Positions 1 through 13,753 of a DNA stretch of 64,000 nucleotides are shown in pieces. The notes below the pieces were generated by a model. The model saw only the letters and a program-made list of their open reading frames with translations. It did not search any database and was not told where the DNA came from. The DNA is taken from positions 62,436,001 to 62,500,000 of the forward strand of contig NC_045707.1 of assembly GCF_009834535.1 (NCBI RefSeq). Direction: 5' to 3'. The first letter of the stretch is position 1. Each line of letters begins with the position of its first letter. This DNA is from Camelus ferus (Eukaryota). The position numbers were made by a program, and so were the translations under genes.

Positions 1-599
1 GTACCATCAAATATTAATATTACCATTGGTTTTATAAGTTGGTACAACCTTCCTGGAAGGCCAATTTGGCTCCATATATCTACAATTAAAATTCATTTAC
101 TTTGTATTCCGGTAATCTCATTTCTATGAATTAATCATAAGGCAATAACTAGATACACTTGCTAAATATGTATACAAAACTTTTCATCCCAACATTTAAA
201 GATATCACAATATTGGATGAAAAGAAATTGTTAAACAATGGTGAATCTTTCAAAATTTGGTATTACTTACCAATAATTAGAAATGATACTAGTTATATAT
301 ATGAAAATATGTCATAATACTTACCATGATAGTTTTGCATAAATTATCAAATGTTATGTTTCATTAACTCATTTTTGAATATGTTTTAAATGTACATAGA
401 AAGATTTTGAAAGGACAGAAACCAATAGATATACCAATTGATTAGCATCCTATTTAAGAGTAAAGCTCAACATTAATTTCCAAGTACATTGTATGTACTG
501 AAAAATATTTGTGACTGAACGAATAAATCAATGAATACAACATATAAAGACAGTCATTAGACAAGGATGTGTATTCCCAGCCATATTGTTAAACATTTT

Positions 600-1700
600 C
601 AATGACAGTCTTACAAATCCAGTAAGTGAAAAAAATGCAGTAAGAAAATAGAAAAAAGAAAAGAAACAAAAATGAGAAAGGAGAAAAAGAAAACTATAGT
701 TATTTGCAAACTATAGTATTTCATACAGAGAAAACACAGGAGAATTAATTAAAAACTTAAAACTATGTATACCTTTTGAAGAGTGTGACTAGGATTAAAT
801 TTATGGAAACTTATAGCTTGATATGTAATACAAATTATATACAAATACTACATATGGCAATAAAAGAAAATTAATGGTAAAAAATATGTTTACACTCAAA
901 ATGGTAACCAAATAAAAAATGAAATGCCTGGAAACATATCCTACAAGTTGAGTCTAGGGAATATATAATTGGAAACACATAATTTTCTTATAATACATTA
1001 AAAAAAAAGAGGAACAGGTAATCTACCATTGCTATAGATGGGAAGATTTAATATTTAAATATATCAGTACTCATACTGATAAAAATATTTAAAATAATTA
1101 TAGTATTTCTAATGGTGACATTTTTGGATTTGAAAAAATTAAGGTCAGTATAAAGGAATCAGGTCAAAATAGTAAAGACAATCTAGAGCAGAAAGATAAT
1201 GAACGGGACCTAAAAAATTAGATGGTATATTATATTGAAAACATAAAATTATTTTAAAAGTACAGTGCAAGTTCAAGAGTAGGCAAATAGATGAATAAAA
1301 AGAACAAATAGCAATCCAATTAATATAAAATGTGGTATGTAATAAAGTTAGCATTTTTAATATTTTTAATATTAAAAAGATTGATAGATTGTCTAGTAAA
1401 GAATGATGAGATAGTAATTTTTTAAAAATATGAATTTAAATTAGTTTATATTTATATCACAAGAAATTTCAGTAGGATGATCAACAAAAAAAGAAGCAGA
1501 AATTGTACTGGAAAAAATATACATAAATAATATACATAGTATTGACGCCAACATGGTATTTTAACATAACAGAGGAGGTTAAAAATAATGTATATTTTTC
1601 GAATGTCAGAAGTAATACATTGTTAAATAACAGTGGAAAAAAAAGTCTTCAAAAGATAAAATGCAAACAACAAGCTAGAAAATATTTAAAAGACAAAGGG
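600..1700 (+). mobile_element. Old, degraded L1 (ORF2/3' region) fragments
   Basis: A-rich sequence with recognisable L1 ORF2-like phrases (e.g. 'tagatgggaagatttaatatt', 'gcaaatagatgaataaaaagaac'); boundaries approximate. Confidence 0.55.
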
Positions 1701-1702
1701 CA

Positions 1703-1900
1703 CGATGGTGTGCTGGAGCTGGCTCCATTGGCTCCCAAGTGCCTAATGTGCTCATCTTTCCCCAACTCTGCTTTCTTAAGTGATGTGAGGTTGATCGCTT
1801 GAAACGGACCACAGCGGGACTGATTATACCACAGAAACTGGCAAACACTACACATCAGGGCCTACCTTCCAAACCTGTTTACTACTACGTGCACCAGTGT
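1703..1900 (+). mobile_element. MER63A-like hAT DNA transposon relic
   Basis: 'tggtgtgctggagctggctc...catctttccccaactctg...gcttgaaa...accacagaaactggcaaacactacacatcagggc' follows the MER63A consensus as I recall it. Confidence 0.75.
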
Positions 1901-3499
1901 ACTACCACATACGCATTAATATAAATGTACACAGCATAACATGTGGTAGAAGTAGACAGTGGAAATCAGAAATTAAAAAGATGACGTGCAGGGGGAGAAA
2001 GAGAAAGAAAAGCAAAAGAGAGAGGTTCTGCATCATTAAATACTAAAATACTTAATTATGCTACTATCATAAAAGGAAAAACATAGCCTTTTTGTATTTT
2101 CTAAATGCATAGAATGTGTCATAAGAGTAAGAAATAATAAATCATTTCACTTCTAAAAAGTGCATATTTGTTTTATCAGTTTTATTTCTAGCCAAATCCA
2201 TCCTCTAGAAACTGTTAAGAGATATGAGAAAACAATGTATGTATGTATGTATGTATGCATATACCGCATATTTTTTAGGAAATTTATTCTAGCCATATTC
2301 ATAACAATGAACTGTTCATGCAATCTACATATTACACATTAGGGCATTTGTTGATATGGAAAAAAACATTCATACTCTATGGTTAAGTGAAATTAAGGAC
2401 AATTAAATATTTTCAATTAAATACATTTGCTTGATTATCTGCCCTCGTTGTACATCTTTCCCCAAACTCTACTAATGACCATAGAGATATTTTTTTTAAT
2501 ATTAAAAATATTAATAGAGAAAATAGTGGAGACAAGAAATTGGAACACAAATTGAGTAATGACTAACAGTCTACTGTAAAATGCAGAAACATAAACTGAT
2601 ATTATAGTAAGCCCAGAAAGACTCAGGAGTTAGAGAAATGATGTCATAAGTCAAGAAATAAGAAAATAAGGTTCTAGGGTAGGGATATAGAGCACAGGAG
2701 AAACACTGGGGAAATTTCCAGGGAAATAGTAAAAGAATAGTCGAAGATGATAACTTGGGTGAGGAACTAGTCTAGACAGAAGCAGAAAGACACAGGGATC
2801 CAGAGAAAGGAGGAAAAAATAAAGAATTAATGGATTAATGTATTACTTGGATGTGCTGAAAAGAGTTTTACTCTTCAACAGAGAATCTGGGAATTAATCA
2901 ATAACAGATTCATAAAGACTTAAACATATAAACATATTAGATAGCTGTTAACTTTGGGAAGACAAAAAGAGTGTACAAGGAAAGAAATGAAACCCAATCT
3001 TAGGGCATGACATGGAATGGAAAAATAATTAATACAGAATTATAAGAATATGAATAGTGAATATTGGTCTAACCAAACCTGACCATGTGGTTAGAATGGG
3101 CTAATGGGATGTTTATAGGCTTATATATTGTGTATCTGTGTGTATAGGGGAAGTAATCTTCATTTTCAAGATAGGATGCCAAATGATAGTATCCCAAATC
3201 AAAAAGTAAAGTGTATTAAAAAAAAAAGACATTATCTAGAAAGTAAAGAGCTAAATATAGAGGAGGTAGGAGGGTATCAAAACTGAAAGTGGTTGCCTCT
3301 GTGAAATGAAGACAAGCGTGGATAAGGAGACAGCTATTTATTCATTTTGAACCTTGAAGATCTAGCAGGCATTTAAAACCAAGGATTTCAATCTTTGATA
3401 AAAATTTTAAAACTAAAAGCCTTAATCAACAAATGTTTAGCAAACTTCGTCACCATTGATACGTCTGATAATTGTCACTGCCTCTGCAGTGTTGCCCTG

Positions 3500-4065
3500 C
3501 TTTCGCTCTTGCCCTTTTTGTTTTTAGAAGGGATCTAGAGTGACTCTGTAAATACATGTCAGATCAAACATCTCTAACGGCTCCCAAGTTACTGAGAGTC
3601 AAGGTGAAGGGGTGCAAATTGGTTTGCAGGGATCCAGCCACCTGTTACATCCCCAGCCTCAACTCTGCCACTTTCTCTCTGACTGCCTCTCCTCCAGTTA
3701 CACTGACCACTCCTGTTAAGTGTGTAACACACATGCACTTGACACATGTTCTCCCCTCATGGCCACAGAGCTCACTCCCTCCCTCCCTCAGTTTTGTCCT
3801 GACCCTCTCTCCATGAGGTCCTCTCTCCCCTCTACTGTACCTTGTAACCTCCCACCACTCCAGCACATTTGATATCCCTTCCTTGACTCATTTCTATTCA
3901 TATCACTTAACTTTTCATCAGTACAGTCCATCTGGTCCTTTTTTCCTTTCCCCTTCAGATAAAACATACTGTCTACAAGAGCAAGAATTTTTCATTGCTT
4001 TGTCCTCATTGGCCAGAACAGTGTCTGATACACAATTCAGTACCTAGTTATACATTCAATGAACA
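3500..4065 (+). mobile_element. L2 3' fragment
   Basis: Pyrimidine-rich body ending in the L2-like tail 'cagaacagtgtctgatacaca...cattcaatgaa'. Confidence 0.55.
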
Positions 4066-4795
4066 GTTCTAATAGCTATAGATTTAAGACTAGTTATTCA
4101 GCAATGTATAAGAAGTAATTTCTGTTTATTTCTCTTATACAATTATAGCTATTTTCTCATTATCTTATGTTTTATCTATAAATAACATATATGCATTTGT
4201 AATAAAGTTATATAAAATTAACATTAAGAATAAATCTACATCAGCAGAGTCCTAAAAAAGAATATATACTGATCTACATCTTAGGTAGAATATGGAGACC
4301 AAATACAGAACAAATGAAAAGAGATTTTTAATGTGAGAGTTAAAAATTTCATTACAATGCTAAAAATTAAAAAAAATAGTAAAAGAAAAGGCTTTCTAAC
4401 ATTAGTGTAACAATTTACATTGTGTATATTGCCATCTGCTTGCTTCCTTATGCACGTACATAAATGTACATAATGATAATGGCATTATTGTTGTTCTAGT
4501 CACTACTTACTGATCACTCTCTGTTTTCCAGGTCTTCTGCTAAATATTTTATGTGCACCCTGTGCCTTAATCCTGATGACATGATGTCGGCTCTATTAAT
4601 TTGCATATTTTAGATAAAAACTTAGATTTTAGAAAGCTGTTTGCTTCCAATGAAACTACATTTCATTAAGTCTAATTACTATATCATTAAATTTTTCTTA
4701 TTTTTGAATTCACTTAGCTATGTAGTATGTTTCAACTTTAAGAGGTCTAGGCACCAAGTCTTTTACTTCTCCCCAAAATCTGCTTTCTCTACCGC

Positions 4796-5360
4796 TGTCA
4801 CCAGCAAAGTCCATTAACAATTCCCGGGAAATAAGAACAGAATCCGAATAGAATAAAATACAGTCTAACCTTTTTTTTTTCCTTTATGCTTAGTCTCACT
4901 TGTTCCCAGCGGCCACGCACAGAGGCCTCATCCGAGACCACCTCAGACCGGAGTTCCCGGAGCCAAACGGCTGCGCAGGACACCTCAGCTCGGGGGCGGA
5001 GCATGCGCAGAAGCCAAGAACACAGCCCCGCGAGTCAAGATGGCGGCGGGGGGCGGGCCGTGTGCAGCGACGCTGCGTCAGACGTCAGACGCCGTGCGTG
5101 GCGCTGCAATGTACCATGAGCCATACAGCGGCGCCCTAGGCAGAGGAACGGCACCCTCGTCCCTGCTGAAGAGGAGTCTATAAAGTAGCCCCGCAGAAGG
5201 CGGCCTTGTGGGAGGAGCTACGGTGTTAGCTCGCACCTCTGCCTTCTCAGATTTAAGAATAAAGCTTTCCGTCGCTTCTGAACTGAACTCTGTGTACTGG
5301 CGTGAGTGACACTGGGCGGGAGGACGCTCCTCGAGGCACAACTCCGGAGGGCAGGTAACA
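4796..5360 (+). mobile_element. Solo ERV LTR, copy A (family unassigned), CpG-rich
   Basis: Starts TGTCACC, ends GGTAACA; TATAAA at 5179-5184, AATAAA at 5258-5263; colinear over its whole length with the reverse complement of 42255-42825. Confidence 0.8.
4900..5350 (+). promoter_or_regulatory. CpG-island promoter candidate inside LTR copy A
   Basis: Dense CpG in an otherwise CpG-poor window; GC box 4993-4999, NRF1-type GCATGCGCA 5001-5009, YY1 CAAGATGGCGGC 5036-5047, two CGTCA CRE half-sites (5076-5080, 5083-5087), TATA 5179; donor-like GTGAGT at 5302 and CAG|GTAACA at 5354/5355. Confidence 0.7.
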
Positions 5361-5498
5361 CCTCTCAATCTTTTTATGCAGTGAATGTCAATGTATATTT
5401 TCAATTGCTCAGGCAATAATCCTGGCGTCACTTCTGACGTTTAATTCCCATTCTCATGTCAATTCTGTTGCCCCTACCCTCAAAAAAATCCGCAATCT

Positions 5499-5967
5499 TG
5501 TAACCAAGCAGGACTCTTTGGGGCCTTCCCGGGACAGACACTCCCACCCCCATATCCCGCTGCAGCTCCTCTCTGAAGTACCTAGATGATAGTGTCTGAT
5601 GCACACTTCCTGAGCTGTTTTACAAAGGCTAAAACCACCAGCAGGTGGAAGAAATTTACTTGATATGAGCCTCACCCCAGACGTACTGTTGCCTAAGGAT
5701 TGATAATGTCAATAGCCCTGTTCTCTCACCATCAACCAGTCAGAGAATTGTGCAGGAGCTGATCACATACCCTGTGACCGCCCCCTCCCTCACCTGACCT
5801 TTAAAAATGCTTTGCTGAAACCCTTCACCCTTCTGGGAGTTCGGGGTTTTAGACCACAAGACACCCATCCTCCTTAAATTGGCGCTTTTACAATAAATGC
5901 TGCACTGCCCTTCGCCACAAAAATTTACTGCCCACGGGCAGGGAGACCCAAGTTTGGTTCGATAACA
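5499..5967 (+). mobile_element. Solo ERV1-like LTR
   Basis: TGTAACC...GATAACA termini, TTTAAAA TATA-like box, AATAAA near 5892, near-match 4-bp flanks ATCT/ACCT. Confidence 0.8.
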
Positions 5968-6038
5968 ACCTAACGACTTCTCAATATGCCACTGAGTCAC
6001 CAGAGTCCAAGTCACCAGAATCTCTTGGTTTCAAATAC

Positions 6039-6380
6039 TGTGACCTGTTTTACACTAATTACTGTGCTTTATTTTGTCGTAGGAGGTCACCGAGAGGACG
6101 TGAGCTCCGGTTGATCTGCCAGCTGGACACTGTGAGGTGTTTCTCCCTCTGCCCTGCCTTTGAATATACAGCCCACCATATCCCACACCAGGAGATGTTC
6201 CAAGGATGCAGCCCTGAGAGACTAAGGTGGTGTTGTGGTCATCTGGACTAAGTAAGTGACTGAAGCCCAGTTGAAGCTTCCATATAAACTTTTAAGATTC
6301 TGGCGGGCACTGCAAGAGATGTACTCCTCCTCTTACGGCAGCACAAGAGAAGCTTGGTATGTAAGTTTCCTTGCTTATTT
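6039..6380 (+). mobile_element. ERV LTR fragment
   Basis: LTR-like composition with 'tataaacttttaagattctggcgg' and 'gtaagtttccttgcttatt'; truncated; boundaries approximate. Confidence 0.55.
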
Positions 6381-6409
6381 TTTAATTTTTCTCAAGACAC
6401 AGAGCCATT

Positions 6410-7099
6410 CCATCACCACTAGGCGTTCTCTTGTGGCCCTGTTGGAGCTTCACCCACCTTCCCTCCCATCGCTACTATTACTGACCCTTTCACACCCGGT
6501 GGACCCCTCAACTAGGTCCTTTTCTTGCGGTGCAGCTCTAGCCAATAGAAAGAGGCCCAGTTCTGCAGAGCAGAGCAGAACGCTTACTTGTTGATCAAGC
6601 AATGAGGGAGAACTCGTGCTCTAAAGATTTCTTGTGGAAGGAGGGAAGTGGAAGGCTTTTATGGGGTAAGCGGTGGGGATGCCATCAGAATTCGGGTAAA
6701 AAGGCAGTGATTTCCAGGAACAGCCGAAGCATATGCAGTCCTTCGGGCTCCCTTGCACAAGGCACCAGCTGTGCCTAGCAAAGTGTAAGTCCCCGCTTTG
6801 GGCAGGAGATCTTAGTATGGTGGCGAAGCAAAGGCCACCTTTGGGCACTTTGGGTCTCATCCGCACAGGCGCTGCCCTCATGGTCAGGCTGGAGCCTGTT
6901 CAGGGCAGTTGACTGTTACCGCCTTGGGTCTTTTTGGCTCTGGCTGGTTCTGAGGGTTTGCTTAGGTGGCCATCTGCCTTGGCCTTTGTTTGTGTTAAAC
7001 TAGCACAGCTGTGGGCTTAGACTATTGGATTGTGGTGTGGAAGGAAAAAATGAAAGTAGGTTAGCCTCTGGTACAGGTGTGGGTCTCTTCCTGGTGACA
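6410..7099 (-). mobile_element. ERV LTR (reverse orientation)
   Basis: Minus strand begins TGTCACCAGG at 7099; minus-strand 'cccataaaagcc' TATA-like box near 6655-6666; GC-richer than its flanks; left end approximate. Confidence 0.6.
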
Positions 7100-8690
7100 C
7101 TACCTCTTTCTTAACTCTGGCAACCATTAATCTGTTCTCTGTTTATATAATTTTATTTCAAAAATATTATGTAAATGGAATCATACAATCTATAGCCATC
7201 AGGAATTACTTTTTTCATTCAACATAATTCCCTGGAGACTTATCTTAAGTTGTATGTATCAATAGTTTTTTCCATTTATTGCTGAGTAGTATTCCACGAT
7301 ATGCATGTACCATAAATTTGTTTAACCATTCACCCATGGTAGGGCATCTGGATTGTTTTCAGTTTTTAGTTATTACAAACAAAGCTGCTATGAATACTTG
7401 TGCACAGGGTTTTATGTGATAAGTTTTCATTACTCTGAGCTAAAGGAATACCCAGATGTAATTTATGAGTGGCTTGGTAGTTGCATATTTAGTTTTACAA
7501 GAAACATCCAAACCACTTTCCAGAGTGGGTGTACCAGTTTACATTTTCACCAACAGCATATATGTCATCTAGTTTTTCTGAATCAATGTCAGCATCTGGT
7601 GCTTCACTATGTTTAATGTTAGCCATTCTGGTAACTGTGTAGTGATATCTCATTGTGGTTTTAAATTTGCATTTTGCCTAATGGCTAATGATGTGCTTTT
7701 TTTGCCATTTGTATATCCTTTTTGGTGAAATGTCTATACATGACTCTAATTGTATTGCTTTTTTTTTTTTAAACTGTGGAGTTTTGAGGGTTCCTTATAT
7801 ATTCTAGATACTAGTCTTTCGTCAGCTATCAGCTATGTGGTTTGCAAATATAGTCTCCAAGTCTTCAGCTTATCTTCTCATCCTCTTAATAGGGTCTTTC
7901 ATAAACAACACTTTAAAACTTTCCCCTAGCTTTATTGAGATATACTTGATATATGACATTGGCAAGTTTAAGATGTATAATATGATGATTTTTTACACAT
8001 ATATATTGGGAACATATTTTTAACTTAAATGAGGTTGATTTATCTGTTTTGTTTTGTTTTTTCCTTAATAGATCATACTTTTGATGTTATGTCTAAGAGC
8101 TCATTGCTTAACCTCTGGTCATGAGGACTACCTTTTAAAAAATTTAGAATTTAATTTTTTTAGAAGGTAGTCCTCATGGTTTTACTTTTTTTATGGTTTT
8201 ACATTTTACTTTTATATCTATGGTGCAATCTGAGTTAACTTTTGTATGTACTGTGAGGTTTAGGTTGAGGTTTATTTTGGGGCATATGGATGTCCAGTTG
8301 ACTCAAGATCATTTGCTGATCACAGTGTTCTTTCTCCATTGAATTTGCCCTTGCAACCTTGTCAAGAATCATGTGGCCTTTTTTGGTGTGGGACCTAGTT
8401 CCGTATCCTCTATTCTGTTTCAATGATCAATGTGTCTGCAAACTATCCTTTCATCAATACTACCTTGTCTTTATTACTGTATAGTGAGTCATAAAATTAA
8501 TTAATATGATTCTCTCAGTTTACTCTTCTTTTTCAAAATTTATTTAGAAATACTAGGTACTTTGCTTTTCCAAATAAATTTTAAAATGAACTTTTCTATA
8601 TCTAAAAAAAAATCTTGCTGCAATTTTGAGTGGAATTTTATTAAATCTCTACAATAGCTTAGGGGAGAATTGACATTTTTAATACATTTA
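7100..8690 (-). mobile_element. L1 3' end and ORF2 fragment (old L1M-type) with a short younger L1 3' piece near 7915-8020
   Basis: Typical antisense L1 text: 'gtaaatggaatcatacaat', 'gctgagtagtattcca', 'gccattctg...gtagtgatatctcattgtggtttt', 'ggatgtccagttg'. Confidence 0.85.
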
Positions 8691-10062
8691 CTAACTAGTA
8701 TATTTACTAATTAAATTTCTTATATACTAAACAATGTCAATTCTCACTTGCATATTAAACCTGTCACCTACCAATCTGGAGTGGTCTGCCTTTTTTTGGA
8801 TCTCTCTGTCCTTCATGTATGGGGGTCATTTTGAATTTTCACGTGGTCAACCCCTGTGGTAGTGAACCAACAACCCCGCTTCCTCTCTAATGACTTTTCC
8901 ATCTCAGCTTTTCCGGACACCAAGGCTTGATCTGCTCTTTCACTTCATCTACTACTACTCTTTTTTGCTCATTCCACACAGCAAAGTCAGCTTAATGCAT
9001 GAATGTGATACTGACTTTTAATTTAATTTTTACTGACTTAATAAGCACTAAAAAACTATTTAGTTTTATATACCTTACTACTAGTGAAGCTCAACATTTT
9101 TTAATGATGTGCATTCTTCAGTGTTTTCTTGTGCGAATATCTGCATATAGTTGCTCTGCTTTTTGTCTGTTAGAAGCAGGATATGTATCTTACCACAAAT
9201 ATAAATTCAGTGTTTAATAATAGCCCTTTGTCCTACTTCTGCTCTACTTTTAACTTTTTATTTTAACTTTTTTCCAGAAGTTTTACTTTTTAAATGGAAT
9301 GTTACTTAAATATTTTTATCTATTGTATAAAGTTTAATGCTAAAAAATCACTTCTAATAGAGCACAAAATCCATTTTATTGCCAATTAAAATTTATGTCA
9401 CTTTTAAAAAACTACTTCACCAGTAAGAAATTTTTTGCCTATATACTATAAGGCATGAATCTGAACATGTGCCTTTTAAATTTGTCATCAATTTTGCCAC
9501 CACCTTATATTAAATTTTACCCATATCATCATAATATTGATGTGTTGTATGTGTGTGAAAATGTGTATTGCCTATATATTATAAAGTGTTTTTAAGTATA
9601 TGACCTTCATATTATTCAAGTTTATATTTTTAAAATTTAGTTATTCTGAATAGGTCACTAAATATTTTAGTTTTGGCTAAAATAAATGGGATTTATGAGT
9701 CTTTTTTTTTTTTTGTATTTGAAATCACAATTGATTTTCAGGCTGATTATTTTATTTATTCAGAGGTATCTATGTATTTATCCAGTAAATATTTATTTTG
9801 CTCAGACTATGTATTAGTCACTGTTCTTAATATTGAGGATATTGCATTCCACTTGGGATGAAAGAAACAATGAAGAAACATCATAGTATCAGAGAATAAT
9901 AGTGGTGGCAAGAAAATGAAGAAGGATAAGAAGAGAGGAATTCCAGGTGGGAGTGTTTTGAATACAGTAATTGAATACAGTAATCAGGGACAGACTCTCA
10001 GAGGTTTTCACAATTTGCATTTCATTTCTAACATTTTAATTGGAATTGTTTATCATTTTTAA

Positions 10063-10064
<2 letters not shown>

Positions 10065-10095
<31 letters not shown>

Positions 10096-10096
10096 G
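10065..10096. repeat. (ATT)n microsatellite
   Basis: Directly visible. Confidence 0.95.
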
Positions 10097-10369
10097 ATAT
10101 GATTATCATCCTCCTGTTTGGTTAACATGCTGATATAGCTAATGGATCTTCATTCTGTTTCTCCTACCTTTGGCTCTTTTACGTGACCCAGATTATTTCA
10201 GCCTAATAAGTGTAATTTATTAATTGTTAATTTGCCACCTCTCCCTAAAGTGAGGCAGAATTCGTGAATTATTGTGCTGCTCTTCTTTTCTGAACTTCTT
10301 CTTTTGAATTTTTTTCCTTAAACTGTTTATAATTTTGTTGCACTGAAGGTGTTCTGAAATAATAATGAT

Positions 10370-10560
10370 AATAATAATAGTAATATCAAATAATGATGAT
10401 TTAAGTATTTGCTAGACATGCTTTTGAGCATTTCATATTTTTTTAAAATCAGTTAACCATGAAATACATTAATGGATGGCATCATTACCCCAGTTTTACG
10501 CATGAGGAACTCAAGTCACAGAAAAGTGAAGTAACTTAAGATAGTGTCACAGTTTCTACA
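10370..10560 (-). mobile_element. MIR fragment
   Basis: MIR core 'attaccccagttttacgcatgaggaactcaagtcacagaaaagtgaagtaactt'. Confidence 0.7.
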
Positions 10561-13142
10561 CTACTGTGAATCTCATATGCTAAATGAAGCATCGACACCT
10601 GAGAGAGTAATTTTTAGTTTCATTCTATACTTCCATTAAAAATGTAGACTGTTTTAAAATATAATATTTTTAGGACTTCGGATTTAAAATTGAGTTTGGA
10701 AAAAGATCCTTACACAATCTATTTTAACATTCACTTTAATAACCATTAAGATAGGTTGAAAGTAAGGAAAGGAAAGGAAAATTTAAAAATGAAAAAACTG
10801 GGCTCAAAAATAGTTTTAAAAATAAAGAAAGAATCCAGGAAAATATCTAGGAACTCTAAAACCAACCAAACTCTATTAAGGACGATATATTCATTTTGCT
10901 TTTTGACATTATTAGGTTTCACCTCATAAAATGAGTGCTTCTAAAAAAATATTTTTGAGAGGATAAGGAGAGGAATAAAGCACTCTTCATCTTCCTAACT
11001 TAAAAACAAATTGCTTTAAACAGCCAGAAAACAGGTAGCTATTCTCTACTGTGTGGCTGTAACTTTTTGATCCATGTAAAGCATTCCTCTCTTCTTTATC
11101 TTTCCACATTCATTTAGGTTTTTCATTCCCAGAAAACAGTGGTAGGAAATAGAAATAGAAAGAATGACTGGCATTAATATGTTACATCCTGGGAAGAGTT
11201 TCAAGTAGGTTACATGTTCCAGGAAGGCAGAATTTTTGTCTGCTTTATTTATTGATTAATTTCTATTATTCAGCATATGAAAGGCACTAAATAAAATTTT
11301 GAGTAAACGGTATAAAGCAATGTGGTGGTGTTGGAAACATGCAACTGTCAGCTGTAAGTGATAGATTTCAGTATTTCTTTGTTCTGCACTAGAATATTAA
11401 GCCAGCAACAGTAGAAGCCTTCACCCTTGAAGAGCAGAAGAGGAAAATAGTCTAGGAGTTTACATCCAACAGCTCTCCATATTTAGATCTGTGAAACAAT
11501 TTTAGCTTCTCGTCACTTCAGCCAATCCTCATATCCATTTCCACAGACCAACAACAGCTAGCTCAGTGATCAAGAACAAATGAAGGAAAAAAGCTAGATG
11601 CAGTAAACAAATGCACTGGAAAAATAATTAAAAAAAAAAAAAAGAAAACTGTACTAAAAACTCAGAAAAACATGCATATTGAGTTCTATGAATTTAAAAA
11701 TGAAATTTTTTATATTTTAAATATAAGAATATTTTTCCTCTATGAAACAGAAGCAGAAAATTATACGAGATTCACAATCAAAATTAGAAGGGAAAACAAT
11801 AGAAAACTAAAACTGCAATTGCAGAATTAGAACCACTTTAGATATAGTAAAGCACCAAACTGGCAAAGTGGCAATTTGAATCAGTGGTAGAAGAACATCT
11901 TAAGAACACATTAGGGAAAAGAAAAAAAAAAAGAGTTCAGAAAAGCACACAATAATAGATTTGGAGACTATGGCTGAAACTGAGGATACTCACTGAAGTT
12001 ATTTATAAGTTAAATGTGCTCTCTGGTTTAGGGAGCTGCTTTTTCTGTGTGTTGAATTTGCTGACTGTCAAATTAGTTCATTTCCTCATGTAGTTAATAG
12101 ACTTGGCTTACGATCTTTTCTTTGCTTGGTTTGATTGTATTCCCTTGTGTGTGTATTTGCTTTCATGGGGGTGTTTCTTAGTATATATTTCTTCTGGGAG
12201 TTCCCAGCTGAAAATTGAAGTTTAAATTTACTTCTTTGTAGGCATCAGGCTTTGTATTTATTCTGGTCAACTTCTGAATTCATTCCTTGGCTTGTCTAGA
12301 ACAATCTACAAAGAAAGGTGCTCTAAGAACTTATGTAATACCTTCTCACAGCACAAAGGCTAGTTGATGGCATCAACTTAATTTCCATTACAAAGTGAGC
12401 TCTCAGTTTTCTATGGTGATCATATATTTTACTTATAATGAGAATTTAACAGGAAATATCATTTTAAAATATGTAGGCTAGTCCCTCATTTTATAAATAT
12501 CTTAGGAAAACACATGATAAAAAAAAGTAGTCATTTCTGGTGGTATGATTATGACACATCTAATGATTTATTTTTACATCTCTCCATTTTTCGTAAGTTC
12601 AACAAATATCACTTAATAATTATTTTAAGTACACATTTCTATGCTTTAATCAACAATTCCAAATCTATGAATACACTTCAATAAAATTTTTGGTAACTGT
12701 GTCAAGAATTACTTCATTCAACAAGTATTTATTGAGGTTTACTAAGTGGTGACCACTGTGATGGTAGCTGAGATACAGAGGTAAAGAGAGAGAAAATCCC
12801 TGTTCACATAAGATTGCAAAATGGTGGAATAAAAAGATAATAAACCAAAATACAAATAAATATTCAGTTCTATTTCTAAAATAGAGACATGTAATGCAAT
12901 GTAAAAGTATAAAATAGGCCTAACTAACTTGGCCCAAGATTCATCTGTGTTTCCTTTCAGGGGATGTCATTTAAGCTGAAGATTGGTGTATGAATAGGAG
13001 TTTCCCAGGAAAATCAAATGACCTAAACTGGTCATTTGATTTTTGAGTAATTTGCCTAAACTTCTCTGTCCTAATCTATAAATATATGAAACCATATGTT
13101 TAATCTATCTAGTGCACAAAATTATTGTGAGTACTAAATTAG

Positions 13143-13512
13143 CATCCTAGTCTGTTCAGGCTGCTATAATGAAATATCATAGATGGGGTGGTTTAAAGGA
13201 CAAACTTATTTTATATAGATCTGGAAGCTGAGAACTCCAAGGTCAAGGTTCTGGCAGAGTTCCATTTCCAGTAAGGACTCTTTTCCTGGCTTTTGGATTT
13301 CTGCCTCCTTGCTGCATCCTCGTGTGGCAGAGAGAGAGGCAGAAACTCTGGTGTCTCTTCCTCCTCTTATTCCTATCAGATTAGGGCTCTACCCTTGTAA
13401 CCTCATTTAACCTTAATCGTATCTCCTTAAAGGCCCTATGTTCAGTATAGTCACATGGAGGCTTAGGATGCCAACATGGGAATTTTGGAGCAACATCATT
13501 CAGACCATAGTA
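13143..13512 (-). mobile_element. MLT1A-like MaLR solo LTR
   Basis: 'tagtctgttcaggctgctataat...ggaagctgagaactccaaggtcaagg...cctcatttaaccttaat...cattcagaccatag' is the reverse complement of MLT1 consensus features. Confidence 0.85.
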
Positions 13513-13660
13513 ATCACAATTTTTTTTTTCCTGTAACTAGTAGGTTTTAAAAGATTGTACAAGATTTTCAAGAGTATTAGCTACTATTCTAGCTGTTGTT
13601 AGCTAGGATGGCACCAGTGGAAGTGTTTATTATCACTAGTATAACACTAGTGAAGCAGCT

Positions 13661-13753
13661 GGTGTATGTGTATGTGTGTATATATATATATATAAGTATA
13701 TATATATATGTATATGTGCATTTATACTCTTTCTCTCTACACACACACACACA
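13661..13753. repeat. Compound (TG)/(TA)/(CA) microsatellite
   Basis: Directly visible. Confidence 0.9.

Noticed and set aside
4796..7099. 9-bp inverted termini (TGTCACCAG) bracketing the LTR cluster as a composite transposon
   Set aside because: Explained by generic LTR 5' ends of two oppositely oriented elements; no shared TSD.
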